A DNA stretch of 62,922 nucleotides, the filler included, from Bigelowiella natans CCMP2755 (Eukaryota; Protista; Cercozoa), in NCBI GenBank assembly GCA_000320545.1. It is 4 parts of 4 records of this genome, joined end to end, with 100 filler letters (N's around TTAATTAATTAA, not from the genome) between each part and the next. Parts side by side here need not be neighbours in the genome. Positions count along the whole stretch, not along the records: positions 1 to 13,818 come from ADNK01001675.1; 3 more parts are not named here. The stretch is one strand, 5' to 3'. Each line of letters starts with the position of its first letter. Position 1 is the stretch's first letter. The translations under genes and the position numbers were made by a program. The notes under the pieces were generated by a model that had not been told where the DNA came from, ran no database searches, and saw nothing but the letters and a program-made list of their open reading frames with translations. Below are positions 1 through 13,918 of the stretch, piece by piece.

Positions 1-111
1 CCCCCCCCCCCCCCCCCCGGTACGACCCTGGCATATCCAGCTTATTCTGGCACCGTGTACCCATCTTTAGCCTCAAACGCTGGCGCAGCGGCTCATGGCC
101 TCAGGAGCAGC

Positions 112-605
112 ATGCAGCCCCCCCCCCCACCTCCCCGCACGTTTGCAAGCCCCCATATAAGGGTTGTAGCGCGCGTAAGGCCATTCTCTGAAGAAGAGAG
201 AAGAGCAGAGGAAGGGTGGGAACAACAGCGGTCATCGACGGGTGATACGCTGGCCCCGCCCCCGGGATCGATGAGTGCGGTCGTGTGCGTGCCCGAGAGG
301 AGGGAGGTGGGGCAGTTGCTGCTTGAGCCTTTACTCTTGATAGTGTATAGAAGAGTCTAGACTTGATTAGTCTTTGAGTCTCCTTGTTGGTATTGGAACG
401 GGTATCGATGTCGGATTGTTGCGAATTGTTGCCCGGCGAGTTGCATGCTTTGGCTCTTACGCACCGCTATTTTCGTAGGTGCTGCTTACGGGAGCAGGAG
501 GGGGGGGAGGTGTTGATGCAGCGTCGCCCCATACGGTGTTACTTCCAAGATTGTGATAATAATCGTTTTTCCTACGCATGCTTAACACACACACACACAC
601 GCGTT

Positions 606-640
<35 letters not shown>

Positions 641-3600
641 GATAGCCAATCTTTCCGCCATTGCATTGTTCTTAGTGATTGTATGGCCTTTTATGCGTGT
701 TGTCGCAGGACACCTCGACACCCATCATGCGAGCACAAGAAGCAGCGAGTGGAGGGAATGGATACGTCCTCGATGACACATTCACGGAGAACGCCTCACA
801 AGACGAGGCAACCAAAAACGATTTTTTTAAATACTAGAAGTAGCTATTTGAAAGCCTAATTAAAAGAAACACTGCCCCCCGCGGTGATAGTCATCAACGG
901 ATATGAGAGCCTTGTCGTAGCATAGAAATATAGGAAAATATCGCACGATATATCACGTCTCTGGTTATCAAATCGTTGCAATAACTACCCCGAAAATCAT
1001 GCGCTCAAGCAAACTCATTGGTCTGCTGACCCTTGGCTCTCTCCCCTCTGCTTCTTTTCACCCTCTTAGGTGTACCGGCGTGTGATCGAGCCGTATGTCA
1101 ACGATGCTTTGAACGGCTACGAGTGCACGATAGTAGCGTATGGGCAGAAGGGGTCAGGAAAGACGTACACGTTGGAAGGACATGGAGGGCCTGAAACTGG
1201 TGAGATTGATACAGATGTTTATAAGTATGATATTAGCACAAGAGCTGTATTATTTCGATGAAAATCACTTTCATTTGCGCGCCAATTGGCTTGCAAAGCA
1301 TCGTCTGAGGCATCCCCATCACCATGGGATGATTACATTTTTTCATAGGAACCGACACAGAAGATGGGGGGGGGAGAGGAAACGCCCTTGGCGCTGCGCC
1401 ACGAGCGCTGATGAAGATCTTTAATACAATCAACTCCGACGCGGAAAAAGGTGCTCTCATCCGTTTCCTCTTATCGTCATCACCATTGTTATTAGAATAA
1501 AAATATTGTACAACTTCAAACAGCTTGCAACCTAAGACCGTAAACATGTGCATCCTTTCGCGACATTTAGGCGAGGATGTTTCCGGTGCGCGCGTGATGA
1601 TACGCTTTGTGGAAATACGCCGGAATCGCGTTTTGGACCTGTTGGCCGCTGGGGCTTCAAAGCCAGATTTCGGAGAGCGAAGAGGAATGGGCGACGACGA
1701 AGAAAGGTTCGGTAGATGATGATCCTGAGAGAAAGAGAGCGATGCAATTGGTAAGGACAATGCGAGCAGAGCGAGAGAGGCAATTCATTTGAATGCAGAA
1801 TAGAGAAAGGAATGTTGTGCTTGCAACGTAAAAACGATTCGCAGAGCGTGAGATTTCTTGATGTTAGCGACCGCCTATTGCCACGCAGCAAGATCGGATT
1901 TTATACTGAATACATGCCACGTACACCACCCGACTTGCAGGGAGGCAGCGCTTCTACGGCACTTGGAATCGTTCCGTTTGCACGTGACGTTCAGCGGCGA
2001 TTCTGGCAGAAATCCTGAGGACCTTCCCCGGAGCGACCGGAAAGCAGCAATCGGTAGCACGCACTTCGATTCGATACGATAAGCGAACCTCTCCAACCCG
2101 CATAGGAAGAGAGAGAGAACGTGATGTGCAACACTTAAAGTTTAGTTTTGAAAGGGTGTATGAGATTGTTTACGCGACTGCGATCGTACGGTTTATGTTG
2201 TCTTGAAATTCTTTCTCTGTTTACCCTAATATTCTCTCCGCCCCCTGGAGACCCTTGGTCAGATAGTAGCCTGTAACCTTGTTTGCACAACTGTGCTGCG
2301 TACGCAGGAGCGGAAAGGGAGGACGACGCGGAGGAAGGCTACATTGCAGTCAACTCGTTTGCTGAGGCGGGGGAGGCCATTCACTACGGTTCCCAGCTAC
2401 CACGCGACGCCGATGCCCACCGAGTGCTATCTGTCCTCGTCAAGTCAAAAGCGCCGGCGACCCTTCCTTCCTCCCTCGACGAGCCTGAGGGCTCTTCCGA
2501 GACTCTGGCGACTAGAGTGACGGTGAAAGGAAAGATCAACTTCGTTGATTTAGTGGCTTCAGATGCTCCCCGGCCAAATCCCGGGATCGACGCGCTGGAG
2601 ATCATCGCGGGGCATCTCGCGGCTACTGCAACCTCCTCTGCGGCGGGGCTCCGGTGCGTTTGAATGCGCGTGGTGTTTTGGCGGAGTCGGTTGAATGCGT
2701 GCGCGCTGCACTCGGATCTTGAACAGAACTGCGATGATGGCGTTGTTGCCGCTCGTTTCACCGAAAAACATAAGGTTTCGTGTCGGTGACTGGGTTTTTG
2801 CGTCTTGCGTGTGTGCGTCTGCTGTCCTACACACATAGGGTGCTCGAGAGGGAAGGCCCAGACGCTGCTTTGGCTGTTTCAGGGGCCACGCACATCTCAA
2901 GGAGACGAAGTGAATCGCTCCTTAACGACAACTCGTATCTGTACGACCAAAGCAGCCTCAGTATTCTCCTCAAATCCGCTCTCGGGGGGGCTGGCAAGTG
3001 CGCGGTGATTTGCACTCTCTCCCCGGCGCGAGAGGGGATTGACGAGTCTCGACGCGCCCTGGAGTTCTGCCGCTCACTTAGGAAGATCCGCAATGAGCCG
3101 AGAAGGATGGTGAGCCGAGGAAATGGGGGGGGAAGAATAGAATAGGAGGATAAAAGCATTGGGAAGAAAAATGAGAATCGAAAAAGAAAATAAACCTCTC
3201 GTTTGAAACGTCATATCGATAATGAAGACATTATTCGGTCCACGATGAATTGCTCCGCTTCCTTTCTTTGTTCTCGTAGATGAGCTGGACAAAGCATGCG
3301 ATCCAGCAAAGTCTTATGCTTCAAATCAAGGACCTAAAGCTGCAGCTGCGGCGCCAACGGGATCGTGATGGCGTGTAAGTTCGTCGGAGATTAGCCATTG
3401 TTATTAGTATTAGATATGAGGGGTCGGCCGATTTTAAGTCGTGACACGGCGAAGAATCCATCGCTTTGTCTTTGCTTTCCTTCGTGGTTCCATGTCTCTG
3501 CTGTGCTAGCGATGTGTATGGTTGCAATGATCTCGTGAAAGCAGCCGCGTTGTAGTCGGGCAAAGCGTGTTGATTTCGGGCACATGATGTTATATTCGCG

Positions 3601-3816
3601 CGGGTGCGAGTGGGGGAGTGCATATGATCCTTGGTAATTTTGCCAGATACCTGGGCTCCGAGCTCTATGAAAGCATCCATCGAAAGCTTTCCACCCAGTC
3701 TGTACAAATCGCTGACCTCACCTCTCAGTTGGAGCTGTCGCGACAACGGAACGACGAGATTTCGGGTAGAGGCAATGGTGAAGGGGATTTTCATGCGCAT
3801 GTGCTGTGATGCTCTC

Positions 3817-3863
<47 letters not shown>

Positions 3864-5007
3864 GTCTTAGCTTTTCTCCTCCTCCTTTTTCCCTCTCCTG
3901 TTTTTCTATCACACGCCAAGCGTACTACGATGCCACCTCCGCCCGGGCTGCATTCTTGCACTCGAATCTGACGAAGGTTGGATCTGATCTGGCCATTTCG
4001 GAGGAAAAATTGAAGGAAGAGGTGATTATTATTGGGGTTCAAGTCAAAACATCGACTCGTTGCCATAAAATACGCTCATACCCACGCGCACGCACCCAAA
4101 AACGCATTTATTGACGAGAGACAAACCCTTCAAATACACCACACTGCAAGGTTGATGCAAGTAAGGAAAGGGAGAAAATGCTGGAAATATACCAAGAAAT
4201 GCAGCCAAAGCTCTATGCGCGCGCCCAGGATCTCCAGAATATGCTTCGGAGAGTCGCATCGTACGACGAACTTCCTGATAAGAACGGATTCGCAACAATT
4301 TATAATAGAGAAGTTTAATAACACTTTGCTTCAAGACTCAATATAGTTTCCCCTTCGATTGCAGCACAATATGGACGCTGTACATAATATCATATATATA
4401 TATATATATATATATATACTTTTAAAAGACTACTACTTCCAATAGGTATGCAGAAACTCTGGAGGCGAAGATCCGTCATTTGCGGCTTGAGAAAAGGGCC
4501 AAAGCGCGTCGCAACAGCCGCATCCTTGGCCAACTCAGACGGCAAGCAGACCTCCTGGGGAATCGAACCGAGTCGCATAAAGCCGCCCAAATCGCCCGCA
4601 TTTCGGAGCTGCGGAAGATGCTGAACGAGCGCGAAGACAGAGTCGCGTCAAATATTGAAAAGGTCGTCTACAAGAGTGTTGATGCCGATAGGAAACGGCA
4701 TGTATTTATGCAATTTATCGTTACTGTGCTCTTACTGCTGAAAACTAGATTGCGGTACTTCATTCAGCGTCGCGCATTGATGCTTTTCCTCTAACCCGTT
4801 GCGAGCAGACAAGGGAAGTTGTGGGCGAAATGACGGCTAATATGGTCCACGCGGTGACGCACATCCATCAAGTTATGGCGTCGTATCTCGGAAACTCTGT
4901 CACTTCATGGGAATCGGTGAGGGGGTGGGGTGGGGGAGGGGAGGGTAGTAGTGAGAGGAGGAGGAGGAGGAGTGCGTAAGATAAACTATAGCATATAATA
5001 TAGAAAT

Positions 5008-5045
<38 letters not shown>

Positions 5046-7751
5046 CAGTATTTTACCTATATCTTGGCCACAGCTTAACAAATCACAAACGTATCATCAC
5101 ATCCAATACTCTTTAGAAAGGTAGCGGTACACCCTGATCCTTGAATGCATGCTACAGGTGGCAGCGTCGTCGGAGAGGGGAGGAAATGCGCTGCAGACTT
5201 CTCTCATACAGCTCATGGCCAAACTTAACTCTTCGCTAGCAAATATCCACAAACAAGTGGAGCAAGGGTACTGTTGTCAATGTAGTTTAATTGTATTTTA
5301 TTTTGGGGGGGCGCACTGGCACACGCATCTACAGAGAGATTATGCGAAATATATAGTCAGTAGTAGACTTTTGTGAGGCGTATTGAGTTAATAACGATCT
5401 CTTTAGGCTACTGATAGATTACGACTGGACGAAACATATGAAAAGGGTGAATGAATGATGCTGCTTTCTGATATACATAGAGCTTTAGTCCCTCCTGACG
5501 TGTATTGTGTAGCTGAGATGCATATTATGCATTTACGCCGTGCAGGGGTTGGAGCGGCAACAACAGTTGTCAGACGTCATGATGCAAGAGCACGCGACTC
5601 AGATATCACAGGTATTCATTGCGTTCTTAGATCTGAGCAATACAATGCCTTTCTCTCCGTACCAAAGCGCACCAACAGAGCAGCGAGTTCGCTCATAATG
5701 TCATTCGAACAAAAGCTTTGGGGAAATCGTTTGCACGTTTTTGGATCGTGTTTTCTGTTAAAAGGCACCGAGAGAGAAGGGATTTATAAGGGTTTATTAC
5801 TGAGCGAAGCGACGTTGTTTTTCTTTGTTTTTCTTTATCAAAAGATTGGAGATGTGCTTACCTCAGCGCGGAGTCTCTCTGAAATTGCGAGTGTAAGCAT
5901 ATTGACTGCTCTCTAAATGCGAAGTGTATATTAACTACTCTAGAGATGGAAAATGTGGTTTGAGGATATTATATCGTTCGTAAGAGATGTGATTGTGAAA
6001 CTACTCGACGCGTTTCGATCCCTTTTGATTACAGACTGAAAGAGCTACCAGGATAGGCGATTACGTCCGAAATGAGAAGAAGCAGGCAATAAATATATTT
6101 CTTAATATAATATTATATAATCTCAATATATACATATATTCTCAATATACGCAACGTCCTAGCAGCACATTGACTGTGCATATAACTAGCAGCTTCTCTG
6201 ATAATGCATTTCTGGACTACATAGATCGATACTGTATTGGGGGATTTAGTGCAATCAGTCAGCGCAACAGTGAGAGCGGCTCTTGAGGAACAGTAATACA
6301 CCTTAAAAACGCATCTTAAGATCGTTGTATTCTTTGCTTTACACCAAGCTCTAATGACTACTTGACATATCACCGATGCATACTGTCCGTTAATCTGCTG
6401 CGCTATATATTCGAATCGTCTCTGTCTGATGCATTTGTACATGCGAATGGTGTGTAGGTATGAAAGGGCGTTGGGTCTAATTCAGCATGGTAATGCCGCA
6501 CACATGCACGCGCGGAAGAAGGGTGTGGGATATTATAACAAGAATTGTCCTCGCGCCGAACAGAGATCGCTCTTGTCGTAGAGTGGCGTTCGTATCTACT
6601 TTTCTGCAAAAACCAACACATGAATTGAGCCGCTCAGTATACATTCAACCACAATGGAACAATCAATCACTCGGCATATGGGCATTAAAAGGAGAGAAAC
6701 TAGACGGACACGTAGAAGCAACAGTTGTGTAATTCTCAGATAAGCAAGGAAACAATAATTCAGAGGCGATGCTCTTTAACACCGTCGAGGTCGTTTGCAG
6801 AAACAACATATATGCTAATACGCGTAAGATGCAAGATCCTTACACGCGTAAGCACTCACGAGCACACGTACACATGACGATCGTAATGTAATAGTTCTGA
6901 CTTTATTTGTGCTTACACATACATATCTTGCAATATCAATGATTTGATATCGAAATATATTTTTCTTCACGCTTCAATATGCATTTCAGGATGTGTCCTC
7001 GCGCTTGACTTCATTAAGAAATAGCAGCGAGTCATGGGGAAGATTCCTCACATCAGAAAACATCCAGCAAAAGGACCGTCTATTCCAGCACGTTTCCAAG
7101 AAGGTTAGAAGCCTCGATATATCTGTAAATTTATATTCCAAATTAGCGTTAATGGCATTGACCATTTTGACAGATTGTAATTTGAAAGCATTCCAACAAA
7201 ATTTTAAGACGTTGATCTATAGTTATGTAGCCATACAGATTAATGGTTTGTTTGCGGATGCGATGTATTTGGCAGAGACGACATGCGTCGATGGTTTCGA
7301 ATGGCGCACGGAACGTGTTGCGTGGTGTGGAGGAATGGGCTTTGGTGAGAACAGCATTTGATTGATATTGACGCACAATATATGACGTAATATATGCAAA
7401 TATTAACTCACGCAATACGGCAAACGAGAGGGTTATTTTTAGTGCATCAGATAAATCGATCGTGTATGTGGTTATTTTTAATGCGAATGCGAAATGATTG
7501 CATACTCTAACAATGCTTTATGAGGGCAAGCATATACTCACAGCTTTTACGTCTAACATCTATTTTTCTCTAATCAAAAGAACGTGAATCGTGATGCTGC
7601 CACTGTTAACGAACAGCTGAGCAATCTGGTCAGTCGCATACAAGTGCTATGAGAATAGACCGCATATAAAAAGAAACTCGAATCGTAAAAAATAGTTATC
7701 AATTTGCCTGTGCTATGTGCGCGTGCTATGTGCGTGTGCTGTGTGCATGTG

Positions 7752-7791
<40 letters not shown>

Positions 7792-7949
7792 TCAACTACC
7801 ATAATTTATCTCAGTATGCAAACGAAAATGGATTTTGTTCTTATTGCACAACATATTTATCAGGTGCATGTCGGCCGAAGCAGTGCTGGATCAGTGTCAC
7901 TTCAGCAAGATAAGAACGCCGCTTCTCTGAGGAACTTTCTACAGCAGAA

Positions 7950-7991
<42 letters not shown>

Positions 7992-8457
7992 GGGGAAGGG
8001 AGAGAATGCCAAATATGATCATCTGTGGAAAATCTCACTCATGCGAACATCATGAAATACACTGCAATGCTATCGTGATAATACAACAAAAGGCCAGCGA
8101 CACGGAAACGCTTATATCGGCACAGCAGCAGGACAATAGCAACGATACGCATCTGCTTCTCCAGGTATGTTTATATATCCTCATGGTAGAAGAGCCGGTG
8201 CATTGCAACGTCAGTAGGAGACCTAATAGTTGATGATATTATCACAGAATGTTGGGAAATTAAGTGCGGAGGAGACTGTCTTTGAAAGACAGCACGCGGC
8301 TTCCCTGCTCGCATTTAGGAACACCTCCAGTCACATAACTCGGCCGTTAGTCCTCCCGTCAACGCTGCCCCTTCCAGATGTGCTGTCTTCAGCTGGTCAT
8401 ATCTCTGGCGATGGCGCTGCTAACGAGACGTTGAGGGATGGGGTTGCAATGAGATGA
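112..8457 (+). CDS. Kinesin-5 (BimC)-like protein with degenerate motor motifs and a long coiled-coil tail; multi-exon
   Basis: Exons encode HIRVVARVRPF, VYRRVIEPYVNDALNGYECTIVAYGQKGSGKTYTLEG (P-loop), GKINFVDLVASD, LLKSALGGAGKCAVICTLSPA...LEFCRSLRKIRNEP and LKLQLRRQRDRDGV (kinesin-5-like neck). Coiled-coil exons follow to the stop at 8457. Tail exon boundaries and the start codon are approximate. Confidence 0.8.
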
Positions 8458-9399
8458 GGACGACGAAAGAATGATTGTCTGATTTTTTGATAATTTAAAT
8501 GCCAAAACGACAAAGTAAAACCATGATGGGATTGACAAATGTGAAGAAATCATGCGCATACTGTAGCTGTGCATCGTGGCATCTACCTGGTTCATGTTAT
8601 GCAACTTTTCACTCGAAGTCTGTGAGAATCGCATTTGTTGATTTCTCGTTAATCGGCTAGCATGACAGGCGCCAATGAAACAGACACACATGCATGCGCT
8701 GCTGCAGTTAGGACACACACCATCTGTGCCTAGCTAGCTAGACGCGTGCATCATTTTCTGATTTTCTAAAATCGATTCATTGTTTGTAGGCTCTCACTAG
8801 ACAGTCTAGCTTTTCCAAGGCACGCTTTGAATGTGTTTATTCTGCGCGTCTCGCTCTCAGTTGCACGCACATGGTGGACTAGTGGTGGCGAAGAACACAC
8901 ACGTACAAGTGTGAGTTTGTGGCTAGGCGCTGTGGTGCGTCGTGTGTGATGATCTAAATTGATGCCTTGGCATGAAAGCCATTTACCAATGTGATGTGTG
9001 CGTCACATTGCATGTCCATCATTAATTTATCTTCATGAGCACGCATGTAGCTACGACATTGCTAGAATGATCACATTTAGAGATCTAGAAATGCTAGATG
9101 CGCAGACATGCCTGAATGCCAGCATGTGCAGACATAATCTAGACAATGTCCCCAGCAATTTGATGATGGTTTGCCAACATGACTACCGTGCTCTTCCATG
9201 CGGATGACCCACTCAATTGTTAGCTGTGCAAGTAGCTTTGCCCACGTGAGCGCACATGCTGGTATACCAGCATGGATGACATTCATGAATTCACCTGATT
9301 TGTGTTTCGATCAAAGTCTGAAATGTCCGCAATGTTCATCGATGGTGGGTGTTTCAAGAAATCCTCTTTTTTTATTTGAATGAATTAAGAAGTAGCTTT

Positions 9400-10552
9400 C
9401 AAAGGAAGATTGATGCTGTGCAACAGCGTATTCATCTCACACAGACCGACTGAATTTCTTTCACAACTGAAAAAAACAGTCCCAAATAGTTCATTATTAT
9501 GTTATTTGCAGTCCACCTCTTCGATAAGTCGCTAATACTCGATTCTCTAATGATACCATACATGCATTTATACAAATAAAAAATACATGTGCACATCAAC
9601 ATTTAATGAATGCGCATGTGCTGCGTGCTTCTTTTATTAGTAGGAAACTAGTTGTGTACCTGGGAACGAACTCTTCGAAAGCTCCGACAGACCGAGGTTT
9701 TGCAACATTTTTGGGTTCTGTTTGTCCCGATTGTTTCGCGACCTTTTCCAGATCATCATCCCTACGTGCCATCCAACGCACAATTCGTATCATTATCTCA
9801 ATCAAAACCACATAGTAGTCACCCAAAACGGATTATCATAGTAAAACTCGTTGATCCATATGTCGATTCTTGGAGCATTTCTCCGAGAACTAAGTCCTGA
9901 AAAGAGAGCGAGGAAAGCAGAAATAAATCACACGTGAGCAGAGACCACGTACTCACACGTGTCCAAAAAAATTGCACACAAGGGAAGTGCATTGTTACAA
10001 GCTCTTCCGCTGCTCAAATCTTTTGTTGCAATGGAGACTGCAGGACCAAATTTGTTCTTTCATTACTTCCAACTTCTTCACAATGCATGCAAGCTCTTGA
10101 ACACGCTCAAAGCTTCATTCATTCCATTGAGCTGTTGGAACTCCAAAATTTTAAATTTTTTGAATCAATCGAGATCTATGAAGAATAGGATTGATTTACA
10201 ACGTGCGACATGCAGGGCGTTTCTGTCGCAACAAAAACAAGAAAGGCATGTTACGCTCGTAGCATCCTAGGTCTACACACTACCTTTGTCGTCAAATTCT
10301 ATTTCATTGCATTTACGGAAGAAATGACACAAAAAGGTCATTTGTCCTAATTAGGCCCTATTTTATGGAAAATAATCGAAGATAATCATGTCGCACCTGC
10401 CTTCCTGTGCTCCACAGGTTGACAACCCTAATATCTAACCCGAGACGAGCACGTGGTATGTGCATCACGATCTCTGCCCCTCCCCTTGATCTTGAAGCCC
10501 TACCGTTCTTTTGCAATTTATCAGGAACTAAATAATGCGAAAATATCAGCAA
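9400..10552 (-). other. Possible hypothetical or degenerate minus-strand gene
   Basis: Splice-like sites and a coding-like stretch (ORF 9596-9826) lie head-to-head with HIBADH, but I could not build a stop-free spliced model. Confidence 0.25.
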
Positions 10553-12906
10553 GTTGTTACGTCGATATGTTCCAAGGCGACGAGGAGTAAGTTATCAGTA
10601 GATACTATCACCACAACAGCTACGCATACCCAACGTGATGTTTGCATAGAAATCTTATGCTATCATAGATTTAATGACCTTCTGTTAATAGGATACCTAA
10701 GTAGCACGCGCGCCGTGAATGCAGCGAATAAAATCGGTTTCATAGGTCTGGGTCAGATGGGCTCAAGGTTAGCATATAGTACAGCTTTTGGTGAATTCAA
10801 TGTGCTGTTTGTAGCGTTGTAGGGATGCTTGAGTATGTATACTGTTGATCAGGATGGCTGTGAATCTTGTATCACGACATGCGGATGAAACTGAGGTTGT
10901 GTTACTCTTAGTTCATCTTTCCCTTCTACTTCGTGGTCTATTCTTCCCCTCCACCTTTTTCGTCGATACACACGTGCGTGCGCGTCGTGTTCCAAGTTTG
11001 CTTCCTTCCAAATATTAATTTACACCTGCAGACTTATCAACACACGCATCTGCAAAACAGAAATGCTTATTCTATTTCATAAGGCCGTTGCTCAAAATCT
11101 TTCCTAACTCGCCCGCTCCTTAATCTCAGGGTAGATCGGTGCATGTTCTCGATATGAATGATCAAGCCGTAGAGGCTTGCGTTGGACAAGGCGCGGTGCG
11201 TGCGGAGTCCGTTCAAGCAATTGCTAAGGAATGCGACGTTGTCGTCACTATGCTCCCATCTTCCAAGCAGGTAGTCACATCGTTATGACTTTCCCCCAAA
11301 GAGAATGGTTACCAACATGCGAAGGGGACGCGTCCGTGGAGCAAGCATGATTGAGTAGAGTGTCCTCTCTTTTAGTAATTGGCACAGGTTGAATCGAAAC
11401 TTTTTGCAGTACGACAATCTGAGCCATCTGCTTTTGTCGGTTTTGCTGCGCCTACTAGGTGATGAGCGTGTACACGGATGAAGATGGTTTGGTGCCAAAT
11501 GCCAAGGAAGATGCCCTTTTTATAGGTACTTCTGCCCAAAGAAAACAGACTCAGCACACACTCAATCGAACAAAAACGATAGTAGTATATGCGTTGTTGC
11601 ATCGTGGCCTTTCGAGCATTTCACTGATTGTGAGCTTCGATGTCTGAGTGCGTAGTGAGCGCGAAGAATGTCGTCATTATGTATTTAATGAGTTCTAAAC
11701 TTGCAATATCAATGAAAAGATTGCACTACTTTGGAACCTGACGTCGCGAAGAGGTAGACGTTCTTCCCCTTAAGTGTAGCTTCGACGTAATAACAACGCG
11801 GATAGCAAGATGATAAAGTTTTCCTTCATGGGGTGAATGAAGAGCCTCGATGATGTTATTCTAACGAGGCAGCTGATGAATGCGAGGATTCATCGTTGCT
11901 TTCATCATCAATGGTGTATGTTACAACCGACATGTTTATTCCAAACATCTACAGCACTGATTGTGTCAGTTTTTTGTCTATTTGTGTTTGCTGATTGGTT
12001 GCGTCCCTGCGCGTGTTTTTTGGTGGAATCTGCTCCTACCAAGCGTTTGGTCTCAGGCAAGCGATCGCAGTGTCCAAATGGTGGATGCGCCCGTGTCAGG
12101 GGGGGTACGATTCGTCAATCTAGAAGATGCGCTCCATTATAAAGCGCAGCACCTCATTTGGGGGGGTTGAGTTAAAGGGGGGGGAGTTCGGTGTGTCTTG
12201 CTAAGATATATGAGCAGAGAAAACATGATCTACTTTTCCGTTTAATCGGCGCACACCGAATCCATTTATACGTCAGGTTGGAGGTGCAGAAGCTGCTACC
12301 CTCTCCTTCATGGTAAGAAAGGCTACTCAGCACGCCGCAGCGATAATAGATGCATGCCAAGGACGATCTAGTAGCTCTGCCAACATTGATGGATTTAGTG
12401 TTAATTGCACTGCGCTACTGTAGTTCTTTAGAAACGCCTGAACCATCGAGGTTTCATCACTTTCCTCCCATGACCACATTACTCATGATCTCTAACGCTG
12501 TGTTGCTGTATTGCGTTGGGCAAACTTCCTATATCCTCTCGCCATATGGCAATTGTCTTGCACACAGGTCGGTGGTACGGATGATGCGTTCGAAAGGGCA
12601 AACCCCATTCTGTCCTTCATGGGCAAGAACATCGTTCATTGCGGGGTAAATCGTATGTGATTCGTATGGGCAATGTCCGGCGTCGATTGCATACGCTCAA
12701 ACGCACACGCATTTCCCAGGAGTCGGGTTCAGGCCAAGTGGCCAAGATCTGTAATAATCTTGTCCTGGCGATTTCGATGATTGGTAAGTAAAGGATATTA
12801 TAAATATATTTTTATATATATATATATATATATTATAATATATGTGCATATTAAGATATATGTATATATAATTCCCCAACATTACTCAGCATATTTACTC
12901 AACCAA

Positions 12907-12943
<37 letters not shown>

Positions 12944-13445
12944 TCTCACACACACACACACACACGCAAACACACACACACACACACATTCACACACAAA
13001 ACCATACGCAAGACAATATTTGCGTTGTTCTTTAGAAATGTATGTATTCGTTTGTGAATGTGTATGTGTGTGTGTTCGTGAACTCATCAGAAATTATTCG
13101 TTACATTGATATTTTACCATGCAAAAACAGGTCTAAATGAAGGCTACAATCTAGCTCTTAGCCACGGTAGAAGCAGCAGCAAAGGGAGATAATCGATTGT
13201 TGTATGAATGGCACATGTATGCCGCATAGTTTTTCATATAGTTACCGCATTGTTTAACATTGTGATTACCTATGATTTGTATCCTTACCATCATAAATGA
13301 ATTCAGGGATGGATGCGAAAATCATTGCGGACATTTTCAATTCCTCCTCTGCGCAATCTTGGAGCAGTAATGCTGAGGATGATTTTGCCTCCACCCTTCC
13401 TACCTATTTGATATGCTAATATTGTGTGTGTGTGAGTGTGTGTAT

Positions 13446-13486
<41 letters not shown>

Positions 13487-13626
13487 TGTGTGTGTGTGCG
13501 TGTGTAAGGTCATCCTATTGCGTTTTGCGTTGGTATTATTGGCAAATGATTGAGGTCGTTATATTGAAACTGTTAGGTAACTATGTTGGCCCTCCAGGAA
13601 CGAAGGATTATTCCACAGGGTTTAAG
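10535..13626 (+). CDS. HIBADH: 3-hydroxyisobutyrate dehydrogenase with a mitochondrial presequence; 3' end lost in the gap
   Basis: Exons encode KIGFIGLGQMGSRMA, CDVVVTMLPSS, MVDAPVSGG|VGGAEAATLSFM|VGG, GVGSGQVAKICNNLVLAISM, DIFNSSSAQSWS and KDYSTGFK. Confidence 0.92.
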
Positions 13627-13818
13627 GTTGGTTGAATTGATAAGTAAGAGAGAAAGAGAAAGTAGTGGTTAGCTAGAGAAGGGGCGGGGGGGGGGATGGA
13701 TACAGAGTTGAAACTAAAAAACACTCGCAACGGTAACTATCATGATATATAACGACGAAATGAATCCCTTTTCGCGCTGGTCCCCTCCACCCCGGCGCTC
13801 CTAAGAGAGGGGTTACGC

Positions 13819-13918
13819 NNNNNNNNNNNNNNNNNNNNNNNNNNNNNNNNNNNNNNNNNNNNTTAATTAATTAANNNNNNNNNNNNNNNNNNNNNNNNNN
13901 NNNNNNNNNNNNNNNNNN
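13819..13918. other. Artificial contig linker (N44-TTAATTAATTAA-N44)
   Basis: An identical 100-bp spacer with six-frame stop codons occurs three times in the window. Confidence 0.97.

Noticed and set aside
4552-4575. Minus-strand GGTTCGATTCCC resembling a tRNA T-loop
   Set aside because: The stem does not pair, and the site lies within a kinesin coding exon.
13819-13918. TTAATTAATTAA palindrome flanked by Ns (also at 44100 and 58810) as a biological element
   Set aside because: It is an identical six-frame-stop spacer, that is, an assembly linker.
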